This document shows positions 41,000 to 55,357 of a stretch of 64,000 nucleotides of DNA, one piece after another. The first letter of the stretch is position 1, and every line of letters starts with the position of its first letter. Origin of the DNA: Eledone cirrhosa (Eukaryota). The stretch is from NCBI GenBank assembly GCA_964016885.1, contig OZ024748.1:34038001-34102000 (forward strand), given 5' to 3'. Made by a program: the position numbers and the translations under genes. The notes under the pieces are model-generated. The model made no database searches and was not told the origin of the DNA. It saw only the letters and a program-made list of their open reading frames with translations.

Positions 41000-42923
41000 T
41001 CTGAGATTATGTCAAAACTTGGCATCGGAAAAAAGACCGAACCATTCCTCCCAAGAACTCCGAGGATAAATCTCAAGGATCACAAAAACAATTTTAGTAC
41101 TGAACTACCTGTTAGACTAATCACCTCCTCTAAATCAGATCTGGGGGTTGTTAGCAAAGCCATCTTGGATAGAATTATCCCATAGGTTCGTTCTAATTGC
41201 TCTTCTTTGAACTTAAATTCATGGTTTGGTACTTCTGAAGTGATTGGCTGGTTCAACAAATTGAATAAGAAAAATAAACAAAAATTTATTCAATTTGATA
41301 TTGCCAGCTACTATTCTTCTATTTCGCCCTCACTTCTCAACAATTGACTATCTTTCGCTTAAAAATATTCAGACATCACCACAGATGAACTTCATATCAT
41401 TCTCACCGCACGTAAAACCACCCTAGAGTTCAACAATGAATATTGGACCAGAGCTGATACCTCTAACAACTTTGACATCACAATCAATAGGAGCATCCGA
41501 TTCATCCCAATTGACAGATTTAATTGGTATCTTTATTTTGAACTCTTTGAATTGGAAAATTCCTCAACTTCGCGGTGGAATTTATCGTGACGATGGACTC
41601 TTTACTATCTTAAATTGCAACATAGTTAACCTCAATATTATTAAGAACAATATACGTAATCTCTTTAACCATCATAACTTAAAAATTGAATTTGATAACA
41701 GCATCAAACTAGCTAATTTCTTAGATGTATCTCTTAATCTTGACACTGGCCTATATTACCCTTACCATAAAAACAATGAGAACCTAAATTATGTTAATTT
41801 TAAATCTAACCACCCCACTAATATTAAGAATGCTATAGTTAGTAATATTGGAAAAAGAATATCTAACCTATCTTCTAATAAAAACATCTTTGATGCTAAC
41901 GCCAATTACTATAATAACGCGCTTTCTAAAGCCGGTTATCCTGATAAAATCAAATATAGTAAAGAAACAAATTCTAGAAGATCTTACAGTAGAATAATTA
42001 ATCATGATCATTCCAATAACTTTAATAAAAGACCTAGATACAAAAACATAATCTGGTATAATGCTCCTTTCTCCATCTCTATTAATAATAATATTCCTAA
42101 ATTATTCTTTAGTGCCTTAAATAAATGCTTCCCTCCCTCACATATCTATAGTAAAATATTTAACAAACACACTATACAATGTTCCTATTCGACCTCCTCC
42201 AACATCTCCAACATTATCTCTAAACACAACAATAAAATACTAAATACTAAATCTCTTCCTTCCAACACTGAATATCATAATAATAGTAACAGTACTCCCG
42301 ACGTTATTGATAACTCTAGGCTAATTTCTGCAAACCCAAATACAATGTCAAACACAACTTCGTTAAATGTTCTTAATCCCATTCTAAATCAAGAAACTAT
42401 TATTCCTATCGTAAATAACTTCTCCAATCCAATTCCTTCTATAGATAACACTAGGTCACTTGTTAATAACTCTGTTAATTTCTCTAATCGCAATTGCAAT
42501 TGCCCTGTTAAAAATAAATGTCCTCTCAACAACCATTGTCTTGAAAAAAACTTAATCTACGAATGTAAAGTTATAACCGACACCAATTCCTTTACCTATT
42601 TTGGCTCCACTTCCACCACCTTTAAAGCTCGTCTTTATAATCATCACTCGTCTTTTAAATACCAACTTCAAAGAACCAACACGGCACTCTCAGAACTCAT
42701 ATGGTCCTTGAAAGACAAAAATATTAACTATAACATCTCTTGGAAGAAGGTTTCTTCTGCTTCTCCATACTTGAATAGTTCTCTATCCAAGACATGCAAT
42801 CTCTGTTTATGTGAAAAATTTACCATTATATCTAACTTAGATTCTATAATAAATAGACGCATTGACTTGTTTTCTCTCTGCTTGCATAAATTCCACAGAA
42901 CATTCCATAAAGTATACAGCTAA
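41000..42923 (+). pseudogene. PLE RT + GIY-YIG with stops and frameshift
   Basis: LKDHK, FIQFDIASYYSSI, IGASDSSQLTDLIG, GIYRDDGL, WYNAPFS, CNCPVKNKCPL, LIYEC..YFGST..FKARLYNH, CNLCLCE. Confidence 0.93.
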
Positions 42924-43890
42924 TATCTAATACTTTACCAATTTAAAATCCTTTTCTGAAAGGCACATATATATATACATATATATTTCTTTAAAAATAT
43001 ACCCATCTTTCTACCTTATTTCAATGTTATTTATTATACATTATATAATACTAGTTACTCATTCTATATCACTCCTATTTATCACTTCCCTTTCTTTCTT
43101 TTTTCCTTTTTTCTTTTCTTTTTTTCTTTTTCTTTTAATTTCTAACTTCTAATCTGTACCTTTTCTTCCTAGATACTTCTCAATTCTCATTATAACCCAC
43201 CACAATATATTCTTACTTCATAATATCACCTTCAAAAAATCCTTCGTAAACATAAACATTTTTTTGACGTTAGATTATTCATCCTCAATTCATTATTTTT
43301 TTCTCCCTTTCATGTTCATCTAACTTATACATATTACACTTATTCATCCACTCTTCTACTTCTTTTCACAATATATCCTTAATTACATTACTATTGTTAT
43401 ATTTTTATATTTTTTAATAATACATATCAACAATTTCTTTCCATCGCACATATTAAACCCTTAAATATTATTCTTAATATATATTAACAACTTCTTTTCA
43501 TCGCACATATTATTAAACCCTTCAATATACAAACCTTAATTTAACATTATTCTTAAATCTTTCTCTTCGTTAATTTTCAAATTCTTTTAATTTATATATT
43601 ATCTTCCAACGGTTTTTTTAACCTCTCTATGTAAAACAATATATTTTTCTCAGTTATAAAAGCTATCTCTCTCTCTCTATCACCCATCTCTCCTCCTATC
43701 TCATCCTTCCTCATTATACTCCTCCCCCACCACTTTTTACTCTCATCTCCTCCTCTTTTTCATCCTTTCCACCCCACCTCTCCCTCAATTTTTTTCCCAA
43801 TATCACACATCAATCTAAAACTACTTTTCATATGTTGATTTAAAACTGCACTATTCACAAGTGTGTTTTAACCTTCATATCATGTCTCCC

Positions 43891-43961
43891 TATTTTATCT
43901 GACGAAAACGCAAATGTTATTGCATGATGATATTTGCTTTTGAAATGCGCATAATAAAATA
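43891..43961 (+). ncRNA. Hammerhead ribozyme, family L
   Basis: tattttat CTGACGA aaacgcaaatgttat-tgc-atgatgatatttgctttt GAAA tgcgca TA ataaaata; 8-bp stem I. Confidence 0.88.
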
Positions 43962-44234
43962 CATGGAACTCTTTAACCATCTTTTGATCTTATATATTAT
44001 ATATACATTTATGCTTTCATATATTTTTATATCTCTATATCTGTTTGACCCGAAATAGGAGATCGAATCTTCGCTGTGTGGATAATTAGTTTAACCACCA
44101 TCTCAGTGTGTTTGGCCTTTAACGTAAGTTGTAAGCTCTAATTCTTTTGAATTATTGAGCGCTTACCTCACAATTCGAAAGTGTTTTTTCGTTATTTCAT
44201 AGGCTGAAATTCGATTCTCGCTAATTGTTACTTG

Positions 44235-44269
<35 letters not shown>

Positions 44270-44317
44270 ATATATATATATTTATATATATTTATATATA
44301 TATATATATACATATAT

Positions 44318-45490
44318 AGTTGCTTTCACTTCAATTTATTATAATAGATTTATAAATTTAGGAATTTATAAATTTCCGGTTGGTTGGTTGGTTCCACAAC
44401 AGATAGTTGTTTATATATTGTCAAAGTTCTTTCGTCACACATTCTGTGACCTCTTCAGTAACTGGGGATTCTTTTCTTTGTTTTTGTGCCTCTCCTTTAT
44501 TCTGTCCTACGCCATCTTGTTTCTGTGTTTGTGTTGTGTGCTCAGTCTGCGCATGCGCCACATCCGGGTGTCTGTCTGTGTTTATATTCGTTTATTGATT
44601 TGTTTATTGATTTGTTTACATGTTACAGGTTGGTTGTTTGTTCTATGTGCGTGTGTGTTTTCATTTTGTCCTTAATTGTAAGTTGTGATGTTGCTGTTCA
44701 ACTCATATTTTCTATTTAATTTTAGTTGTAATTCTTTCATGTTTATTGCCTCTGTGATTTGTCTAAACATTGCGTCTTTTCTGTATGTAGATTCTATTTT
44801 TATTTCTATGTTCTTCTAATTTACCCTTGTGTTCTATTTTAGCATGTTGGTAGAGTACAGATGATTCTTTACTATCTTGAAGGTCTCGCCAGTGTTCATA
44901 TATCCGTTCCCCTATACTACGAGCTGTCTCACCTATGTACACTATATTTTTGTCTCTACATTGTCCTTCAGTACATCTTATGCTATATACTACATTTCTA
45001 GTTTTACAGTTAATCACAGAGGCAATAAACATAAAAGAATTACAACCAAAATTAAATAGAAAATATGAGTGGAACAGCAACATCACAACTTACAATTAAG
45101 GACAAAATGAAAACACACACGCACATAGAACAAACAACCAACCTGTAACATGTAAATAAACAAATAAATAAACGAATATAAACACACACAGACACCCGGA
45201 TGTGGCGCATGCGCAGACTAAGCACACAACAAACACACAGAAACAAAATGGCGTAGGACAGAACAAAGGAGAGGCACAAAAACAAAGAAAAGAATCCCCA
45301 GTCACTGAAGAGGTCACAGAATGTGTGACGAAAGAACTTTGACAATATATAAACAACTATCTGGTTGTGGAACCAACCAACCGGAAATTTATAAATTCCT
45401 AAATTTATAAATCTATTATAATAAATTGAAGTGAAAGCAACTGGTGCGTGTGTTTCTTATTGGCAACATGACCCTCCCAAAGTATAACAA
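44318..45490. mobile_element. Family F fold-back with EN fragment; HHRs at 44420-44462 (-) and 45301-45343 (+)
   Basis: 44318-44758 inverted vs 45013-45442; inner 44763-45012 (-) encodes CKTRNVVYSIRC..YIGETARSIGERIYEH. Confidence 0.9.
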
Positions 45491-45509
45491 TATATATATA
45501 TATATTAGA

Positions 45510-46315
45510 TATATATTAGAAAGTGAGGTTTTTTTTACAAAATGAAAAGTAACCGAGGTGTCCTACACGAGTGAAAGTATAAAGAAAAAAAGATGAAATC
45601 GAAAATGCAACTGGAGTCTTATTTAAAAAAATATATATATATTTATTTGGTTCCTTTACCGGTTTCGCAGTTATTCTGCTTTTCAAAAGTTGAGTTGAGA
45701 TGGAGGGTCTGTGGTTTTTCTCACATCTGGTTGGTCTTTGAATGTTACTTGTTTTATATGGAAAAAAGTGGCTCGTAAGGCCAGGTTTTAGAGAAGTAAT
45801 TTGATTGGTTGGTCAATAATTATAATAAATTTCGCGCCAGTTCGCGTTACAAAGTTCTTCACAAATAGGGGGGGGGGCTCAGTTTGTTTTTTCGTATATG
45901 AGTGTTTGAATTTCTTTTTACTTAAAAAAAGGGGATCACGAAGTCTTTTTTTAATAAACGTATTTGATTTGTTATAAATGAAATTATGGCTGTCACGTGA
46001 ACAAGTTTTCATTAATTTCGCGCCCTTATTTGGAAATCTATTCTGTAGCCTTTTTAGAGAATTTTATGACAAGCAAAAGATAATGGTCAAGAGAAATGGG
46101 ATGGGAGAATTGTTCTGGTTCAGTGAATATGGTTAGTTCGCTGGGTGTCAGAATTCAGATTTTTTATTGAAATAAAAAAAGTAAAGATATGTATGTTTAT
46201 TTGTGTGCTTGTGTGTGTGTGTGTGTGTGTGTATTGGAAGATGATTCTATTAGTTGAAATGGAGGAGGGAGTTGTGTGGTTAGCATGTTAAGATGAAGAG
46301 AATATATATATATAT

Positions 46316-46385
<70 letters not shown>

Positions 46386-46925
46386 AAAATGATTCCTTTA
46401 GTAGGAATATTTTTGAATGAACATATTTTCCTTACTTATTCGTATTAGTTCTGTTGTATTGTAAACGCAAACGTATGTTAAGGTTTATTTAGTTCGGGTT
46501 TTTATTTTCTAAAGTAGCAGGTGTTATGTGTGTGTGTATGTGTCTTTTTGGATGGTTAGCATGTTATGGTGTTGACATAATGTATATTAAATCATATTTA
46601 ATGCTGGTCTATATTTTTGAATAAACATATTTTCCTTATTTATTCGTATTTGTTCTGTTGTATTGTTAGCGCAAAGGTAAAATGGGAAGACTTGGAATTT
46701 GGGTGTCTTATGACTTGCGCATATGTCTAGATGTACGCTTAAGGGTATCTCTCTCGTCGTTCGATCTCGTAGTTGTTGGCGATGAAATGTCATTCTGTTT
46801 CTGAGTGTGAGTTTAGTTTGTCCTATATAATCTTCATTGCATACTTTACATTTAATGGCATAAACTAGATTTTTTGATGAGCAAGTGAAGTGATTTTTTA
46901 CAGCAAAATATTGTCCTGATTTAAA
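45510..46925 (-). mobile_element. PLE family M (Neptune-like) endonuclease + 3' region
   Basis: 46587-46925 (-): FTCSSKNLVYAIKCKVCNEDYIGQTKLTLRNRMTFH..KENMFIQKYRPALN; HHR downstream. Confidence 0.85.
45654..45689 (-). ncRNA. Hammerhead ribozyme, family M (U3-A8)
   Basis: Minus strand: ctt TTGAAAA gcag-aataa-ctgc GAAAC cg GTA aag; palindrome ACCGGT. Confidence 0.82.
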
Positions 46926-46932
46926 TGTATAC

Positions 46933-47029
<97 letters not shown>

Positions 47030-47046
47030 ATTTATATATATATATT

Positions 47047-47081
<35 letters not shown>

Positions 47082-47244
47082 GTAGAAACACACAGATACA
47101 TGCGGACACATACATATGCATGAATATATCCACATATATCTTTGAATTAGTGGTGCCAACCTCAACCGATGTTGCTCTATGAATAACTGGGACAAAATAA
47201 TCCGAATGGATTAGATTGATTCAGTATCAGAGCTATATAATACA

Positions 47245-47770
47245 TTATGAAGAGAAAAGAAACATTAGATATAATTAATAATAAGATATACCATACCTAA
47301 GCCCCTTCTTTACTCCTCGACTACGTAGTTTCGTGGCATATTATGCAAAAACACAACATCACAGAGATATAGAATGTTTGGAGGTCTGCCGACTTATCAA
47401 GAGGATACCTCATTAAGAGTTTCAAAACACGTTCGTAGGACGCGAGATAGAATCCCGAAAGGCGGAGGGGGAGTCAATCACGTGATACAGCGGTGAAGAA
47501 ACAGAGCTAAACCTCTTATAACCATGAAAAAAATACAAAAATTCTATATCTCTGTGATGTAGTGTTTTTGCATAATATAGGACGTGTTTTGAAACTCTTA
47601 ATGAGGTATCCTCTTGATAAGTCGGCAGACCTCACACAAATTCTATATCTCTGTGATGTAGTGTTTGGCATAATATGCCACGAAACTGGCGTAGACGAGG
47701 AGTAAAAAAGGAGTTTAGGTATGGTATATCTTATTATTAATTATATCTAATGTTTCTTCTCTCTTCATAA
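47245..47770. mobile_element. Pseudo-LTR fold-back (family O) with two long-stem-II HHRs (47314-47405 -, 47609-47701 +)
   Basis: tcctc TTGATAA gt-cggca...tgcc-ac GAAAC tacgta GTC gagga on minus; inverted copy has GAC at the cleavage triplet. Confidence 0.8.
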
Positions 47771-48707
47771 TCTATATATATAAAACTGTGGTTGTCTGTC
47801 TGTCTATCGATTTTTGGCACACATCTCCTCTTAGAATCTCTCACGGAATTACACCGAAATTGCTACACTTGTACATTGAGCCCTAGCGAAGACATCGGAA
47901 AAAAAATATTTCAAATTGACCCACCCTATGTGACGAAATCGAATATAATGTATCGATTTTTGAGCGTAAGTTATCAGTTATTTCCCTTTGTTCTGTTTAC
48001 ATTGAGCGTCTTACGTAAAAAATTACGCTGGCTTTCAGCAAAATATTGACCTGCAAAATTCATCAGTTCGAACACTAAGCTTCCGTTTTGCTTCATTTCC
48101 ATTTAAAAGCATTTTAAAACAATATTTTTACTTGAAAACAAGTCTATTTAAAGACTACGTAAAACAAGCAAATATTTCGTCGTTAGGCGTGCAGACAGAC
48201 AGTCGTGCAGAGAGACAGTCGTGCAGAGAGGTGATATACGCGTGCAGACAGACAGTCGTGCAGAGAAGTGATATAGGCGTGCAGACAGACAGTCGTGCAG
48301 AGAGGTGATATAGGCGTGCAGACAGACAGTCGTGCAGAGAGGTGATATAGGCGTGCAGACAGACAGTCGTGCAGAGAGGTGATATAGGCGTGCAGACAGA
48401 CATAACTGATAATTTGGTTACGCTAATGTTTTTCTCTGCGTTGCAGTGTTTACATTTTCGATCTTTGTTAATAAATAACCAGTGCAGTTTCTATCCCCAG
48501 CATCCTCTTTTGTTATAACATTCGGGTTATCGTTATGTTTTCTTAACTTCATAAGGCATATTGTTGGTTGAGGGAATATTAATCAAAAACACCACATGCA
48601 AGTCTGCACAGTAGACACTACAGTTTTTAAGCCAAGAAAGAAACTTAACATTGTAACTTTAACACAGCTACTGAGCGACCCCGAGCAACGCCGGGCTTTA
48701 CTGCTAG
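47771..48707 (+). mobile_element. Non-autonomous Helitron
   Basis: Starts TCTATATATATAAAA after A; ends with CCCGAGCAACGCCGGG hairpin + CTAG before T; internal minisatellite. Confidence 0.85.
48185..48402. repeat. 37-bp minisatellite inside the Helitron
   Basis: (GGCGTGCAGACAGACAGTCGTGCAGAGAGGTGATATA) about 5-6 copies; period 48276 to 48313. Confidence 0.95.
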
Positions 48708-48733
48708 TATATTTATATATATATATTTATATT

Positions 48734-48768
<35 letters not shown>

Positions 48769-48778
48769 ATATATATAG

Positions 48779-48971
<193 letters not shown>

Positions 48972-48979
48972 TATATATA

Positions 48980-49027
<48 letters not shown>

Positions 49028-49031
<4 letters not shown>

Positions 49032-49200
49032 ATACCCCACCAGGGTGCTCTTGCCGTAAGCCTGAAGCTGTGGTCACTTCCAACCGACCAAACGAACTAC
49101 AGGAGGTCAAATCCTATGTGGGCATGGCGGAGGGCGGATTCAAGGAGCGTTTCCGGAACCACCAGTCTACCTTCAGATACCCAGACAGACGTTCATCCAC
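49028..49200 (+). pseudogene. PLE GIY-YIG fragment with internal deletion
   Basis: [40 protein letters not shown]. Confidence 0.85.
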
Positions 49201-49687
49201 TATATTTAAGTAACAGCCGTACTAAGAGTGGGAAATGAAATTTCGTTTCATTTTTTCCGTTTATCGTTTTCGGTGCACCCGGTCGATTAACGGACTCGAT
49301 ATGCAAATTGGGCTACTCAGCCGTTAATATGCATAAGGTAAGTATATACGTTCAACAATCTGGCAGGAAGGTATACGTTGCTGACGATAGCTAATAAGCT
49401 TGAAACTAGTACAGCGTTCCTTTGTCAGTGTTGAACAAACGAGCAACGATGGTTGCTAGACACTACGGCTTAATACGGGATGTTTGTTTACAAACACACC
49501 GAGCATTATAATAAATGTTCGGTGAATCCGTACGTACATATATATATGTGTGCATGTATGTATATATATATATATACATACTACTGTACGTCTGTATACA
49601 TATGTGTATGTACGTGTACCTACTTATATTTAAGTAACAGCCGTACTAAGAGTGGGAAATGAAATTTCGTTTCATTTTTTCCGTTTA
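49201..49687 (+). mobile_element. Retrozyme-like family R, ~1.15 units (425-bp period); HHR 49376-49416
   Basis: 49201-49262 repeats at 49626-49687; cgttg CTGACGA t-agct-aata-agct-t GAAAC ta GTA cagcg. Confidence 0.8.
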
Positions 49688-50452
49688 TATATATATTTAT
49701 ATATATATATATATATATATTTATTTATATATATATATATTTATATATACTATAAAGTAAAGCATGTCCATAGAATTATTTGATAATATATATACATCAT
49801 TTCTTCTCCCAATTAGCATAATTAACCACACAAAAATCAATTAGACCAGGCTATAAGACTAAAAGGCACCTATGAAGAAACAGTTTAATAAATAAACGAT
49901 AGCAGCCTCTTCGCGGCCAACCGCTATAGAATATTTACCCAACATTTCAACAGCACGTGGAAATTAATCAAATATACGGTCAACCATACACAATTAGGTA
50001 TAAAATTAAAATTAGAAATGTTTATATACATACAAGGATTAAATCCCTAAATCCCGACCCATGGGTTTCATTATCATTTTGAGATATCCTATTAAGGATA
50101 AATCTCGAGTTTCGAACTCTTCAGGGGACAAACTCGCTAGGACAGATTATTTTCTGAAGTCGGCCCCGCCAAACACGAATTCAAAATGGCTGAGAACCGT
50201 GACGTGGCAGTGGTCAAGTCAGAAAGAGTATGATTGGTTGCTTACGGCAAGTGGGTTGCTTGCTAGAAAGCGCAGCACAATATCGCCCAAATTGCATCTC
50301 AACGTTATGGGAGATGATTATAGTATTTTGCTCTGATTATTTAATTTATTAATTCTTCATTGAGCCACATCGTGAATGGTTGCCAAAACACATATATATC
50401 TGTGACTTTGTTTAATTATATATATATATATATTAATATATATATATATATA

Positions 50453-50522
50453 AATGTAAGTATGTGTGTATACGTACATACATATATGTATACAGACGTA
50501 CAGTAGCATGCATATATATATA

Positions 50523-50602
<80 letters not shown>

Positions 50603-50917
50603 CATATATATACATACAGGTACACATACATATATGCACGTATCAGTTTAGCGGACGCTTATTATAACGCCGGAAAGTATATACTTTCGAACGTTCAACT
50701 ATCTGGCAGATGGGTATACGGTGCTGATGATAGCTAACAAGCTTGAAACTAGTACATCGTTCCTGTGTCAGTGTTGAACAAAAAGGTGACGTGGTTGCCT
50801 TAACACCGTACGGCATAAAAATTCAGGCTGTTCAGTTTGTTTACAAACGAACAAAGCGGCGTTATAATACGCGTCCGCTAAACTGATACGTGCATATATG
50901 TATGTGTACCTGTATGT

Positions 50918-50988
<71 letters not shown>

Positions 50989-51420
50989 TGCTACTGTACG
51001 TCTGTATACATATATGTATGTACGTATACACACATACTTACATTTAAGTAAGTGCCGTACTAAGAGTGAGAAATAAAATTTCGTTTTCATTTTTATTTCA
51101 ACTTATCGTTTTCGGTATGCCTGACCGACTTAGCTCACTCGATATGCAAATTAGGCTGCTCAGCCGTTAATTTTCATAAGGAAAGTATATACTTTCGAAC
51201 GTTCAACTATCTGGCAGATGGGTATACAGTGCTGATGATAGCTAACAAGCTTGAAACTAGTACATCGTTCCTGTGTCAGTGTTGAACAAAAAGGTGACGT
51301 GGTTGCCTTAACACCGTACGGCATAAAAATTCAGGCTGTTCAGTTTGTTTACAAACGAACAAAGCGGCGTTATAATAAGCGTCCGCTAAACTGATACGTG
51401 CATATATGTATGTGTACCTG

Positions 51421-51464
<44 letters not shown>

Positions 51465-51577
51465 TGCTACTGTACGCCTGTATACATATATGTATGTACG
51501 TATACACACATACTTACATTTAAGTAAGTGCCGTACTAAGAGTTAGAAATGAAATTTCGTTTTCATTTTTATTTCAA

Positions 51578-51580
<3 letters not shown>
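50453..51580 (+). mobile_element. Retrozyme-like family R: tandem 508-bp units plus inverted partial unit; HHRs 50719-50759 and 51227-51267
   Basis: 50672 repeats at 51180; cggtg CTGATGA t-agct-aaca-agct-t GAAAC ta GTA catcg; 50453-50670 inverted vs 50857-51045. Confidence 0.85.
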
Positions 51581-51656
<76 letters not shown>

Positions 51657-51657
51657 G

Positions 51658-51780
<123 letters not shown>

Positions 51781-51789
51781 ATATAGTTA

Positions 51790-52157
51790 TGTAATAAACA
51801 ACATAAGGCAATTATTTCATTTACCAGTGGTTTCTTAAAAGCAAACAAATTTTGCTTTCAATCATCAGAATGAAAAAAATCCTAGTGTATTTATTGACGG
51901 TGAATTTTAAAAACAAAAATGCAATCTATAAGAAAGTGAGGCTGGAAAAGGAAGAAGGAAAGGAAAAATAAAATAAAAACACACATGCAAACATACACAC
52001 ACACAATTATATACATACACACATGCATACACACACACATATACACCCACACACACATATATATATGTGTATATATATACATACACATACATATACACAT
52101 ACATACATACACACATAAATATCAACATATCTATACATACACATACATATATACAAC

Positions 52158-52197
<40 letters not shown>

Positions 52198-52603
52198 CGT
52201 ACACATACATATACATACACATATACATACACATACATACATACACACAATCATACGTATATACACACGTACATACATACACATACATACACACATATAT
52301 ACACGCATACATACGCATGCACAAAAATAGAAATATATACACACACCTCTACATACTCACACACATAAATAAATATAAGAAAAAATATATAATAATAAAA
52401 ATGAATATAAAGACTATTATAATGTTGACAGCGATACAGGCAACAAATAAATGAACAAACACGTGCTAAGCAATATACACAAATGCACGTACACATACAT
52501 ACGTAACAATAAATACATACACACACTCTCACACATAAATATACATATACAAATACATAAACACATACATACGCATACACAATTACATACACACACACAT
52601 ATA

Positions 52604-52671
<68 letters not shown>

Positions 52672-52795
52672 CATACATAACTATACAAATATACACATAC
52701 ATATACATACATATCACAAACACATACATACAAATACAAACACACACATATATATGTGTGTAAAACTCATTCTTAGATAATTCATATGAACCTTA
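51790..52795 (-). mobile_element. Family H inverted pseudo-LTR; HHR 51818-51872 (-)
   Basis: Minus strand: catt CTGATGA ttgaaagcaaa..tttgcttttaa GAAAC cactg GTA aatg; homologous to 29540-30915. Confidence 0.82.
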
Positions 52796-52801
52796 TTTAA
52801 C

Positions 52802-52856
<55 letters not shown>

Positions 52857-53010
52857 CACATATATACACATACATACATACTCACATACACATATATACA
52901 CACACACACACACACATATACATATATAACTAAATATATATATATATATATGAGAAAGAACATAAATATTATGTATATATATAAAAAATAAATATTGTAT
53001 ATATAAAAAA

Positions 53011-54332
53011 ATGAAAGACCATAAATTAGACTTTACTAATCGACCTAATTGTAGACTGATTAACCCGGCTAAATCCGAAGTTGGCCTTGCAAGTAAAAAA
53101 ATCTTAAGAAAAATAATTCTCCAAATTAGAACTAAGACTGACCTATCACAGTGGCTAAATATTTCCTCTGTTATTTCTTGGTTTAATAATATACAAGGTA
53201 AAAATAAGTGTAAATTTACCCTATTTGATATTGTTGATTTTTACCGCTCTATTACTGTTTCCTTATTAACTAATGCCTTAGAGTTTGCAAGACCCTTCAT
53301 TAATATTTCTAAATTAGAAATATTCATGCTAGAAAAACTTTACTCTTTACTACTGAAAATATTTGGGTTAAAAAGTCAAACCCTGAAAACTCTTTTGATG
53401 TTGCAATGGGTTCATATGACAGTACGGATGTGTGTGACTTAGTAGGATTATTCCTTTTCCACACCCTCAAAGAGAAATTTCCTTCCCATAATATCGGTTT
53501 ATACCGTGATGACGGATTGGCAGTTTCTCATACCACCAACGGCCATAACCTTGATAAAATCCGTAAAGATTTAATCAATACTTTTGCTAATCTTAACCTT
53601 AAAATTACTATAGATACGAACCTTACCAATGCTAACTTTCTTGACATTAATCTTGATCTACTTACCGCCTCTTTTAAACCTTATCATAAACCTAATGAAA
53701 ATCTTAGGTATATACACAAAGAGTCTTGCCATCCCCCTATAGTTTTTAAAAATCTTATTCCCAACATTAGCCGTAGGATTTCTACCTTATCTTCGTCTAT
53801 AGACATTTTTAATAAAGCTGCCCCTTATTATAATAAAGCCCTTAAAAACAGCGGTTTTACAGAACAAATTTATTATTTACCTACTTCCCCGCCCCTAAAA
53901 CTAACCACAATAATAGGAAAAGGAAAATTATTTTGTTTACACCCCCCTTCTCTCTAACTGTCAAAACTAATGTAGGAAGGAAATTCTTTGAACTCTTAGA
54001 TAAACATTTTCCCCCTAATCATAGATATTATAAGATATTTAATAGAAATGTAGTCAAGATCAGTTACTCTTGTTGCCCATCAATGAAGTCAAAGATCACT
54101 AATTCAAATCATACGAGAACAAATCCAGGATGCAGTTGCAGGAAGCCGGATGAATGCCCATTAAAGGGCAAATGTAACACCAAATCTGTTGTTTATGAGG
54201 CAAAGCGAAACCTTTAATCAACAACCAGCCAGCCAGGAGTGAGCGATATGTTGGCATGACCCAGGAAAGGTTTAAAACCAGGTTTTATGCACATGTCGCT
54301 TCTTTTAAGCACTCCGATAAACGAACACCAAC
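53011..54332 (+). pseudogene. PLE family H RT + partial GIY-YIG, frameshifted
   Basis: KDHK..CRLINPAKSEVG, LFDIVDFYRSI, MGSYDSTDVCDLVG, GLYRDDGL, FTPPFS, CSCRKPDECPL. Confidence 0.93.
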
Positions 54333-54548
54333 GGTTTTTTTACCTGCTGAATCCACGTTCTGTACTCTTGTATTCTCTTTCTCCCTTATCTACACTTATA
54401 TTTAAACCTTTTCCTATGTCATTTATTTCCTCCCTCTTTTCCCCCCTATTTATTATTTTTTTTTGCCTTACCCATCACATACCAAATTTTTTTTTATTTT
54501 TAGATATTAATTTTTTTTGTGTTGCGTATATGTATGTATATGTGTATA

Positions 54549-54635
<87 letters not shown>

Positions 54636-54910
54636 ATGTATATATGTGTGTGTATATGTATATGTGTATGTATATATGTGTATGTATGTTTATATCTATC
54701 TGTATGTATATGTATATGTATATATAATCGTATATATTATATATTTCTGTTGTATTTGTGCGCGTGTGTGTATATATTTATATGTATGTATGTATGAGTG
54801 TATATATGTGAGTATATATATATATATATATGTAAAGACGATCGACTTTCGTCAAATCGGACCGAGGGTACAATGTTTCCGTTGGTCTTTCCAATTGCTA
54901 ATACTATCTA

Positions 54911-55042
54911 TCGGTCGCAACTCCAGATAGAAGGAGCAACGTGAAATAAAGTGTCTTGCTCAAGGACATAACGCATCGCCTGGTCAAGAAATCGAACTCA
55001 CAACCTTACGATTGCGAATCCAATTCTCTAACCACTCAGCCA
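54911..55042 (-). mobile_element. tRNA-derived SINE head
   Basis: Minus strand: GTGGCTGAGTGGTTAGAG (A box)..GAGTTCGATT (B box)..TGTCCTTGAGCAAGACACTT. Confidence 0.8.
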
Positions 55043-55066
55043 CACACCTTCACACACACACACACC

Positions 55067-55222
<156 letters not shown>

Positions 55223-55318
55223 ATATATGAAGTAATTCCATCGGAAAAGTACAATAATAATAATAATAATAAAAAGTCCAATAATAAAAAGTCCAATAAT
55301 AATAATAATAATAAAAAT

Positions 55319-55334
<16 letters not shown>

Positions 55335-55357
<23 letters not shown>

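Larger units (their letters stand above)
39498..44000 (+). mobile_element. PLE family L with ~1.4-kb inverted arms
   Basis: 39590-40996 is the reverse complement of 42591-44000; RT region lies between. Confidence 0.93.

Noticed and set aside
48185-48402. 37-bp repeats as a CRISPR array
   Set aside because: Units are contiguous with no unique spacers, no cas genes, eukaryotic Helitron context.
54911-55042. Functional tRNA gene
   Set aside because: A and B boxes run into a SINE body; no complete cloverleaf.
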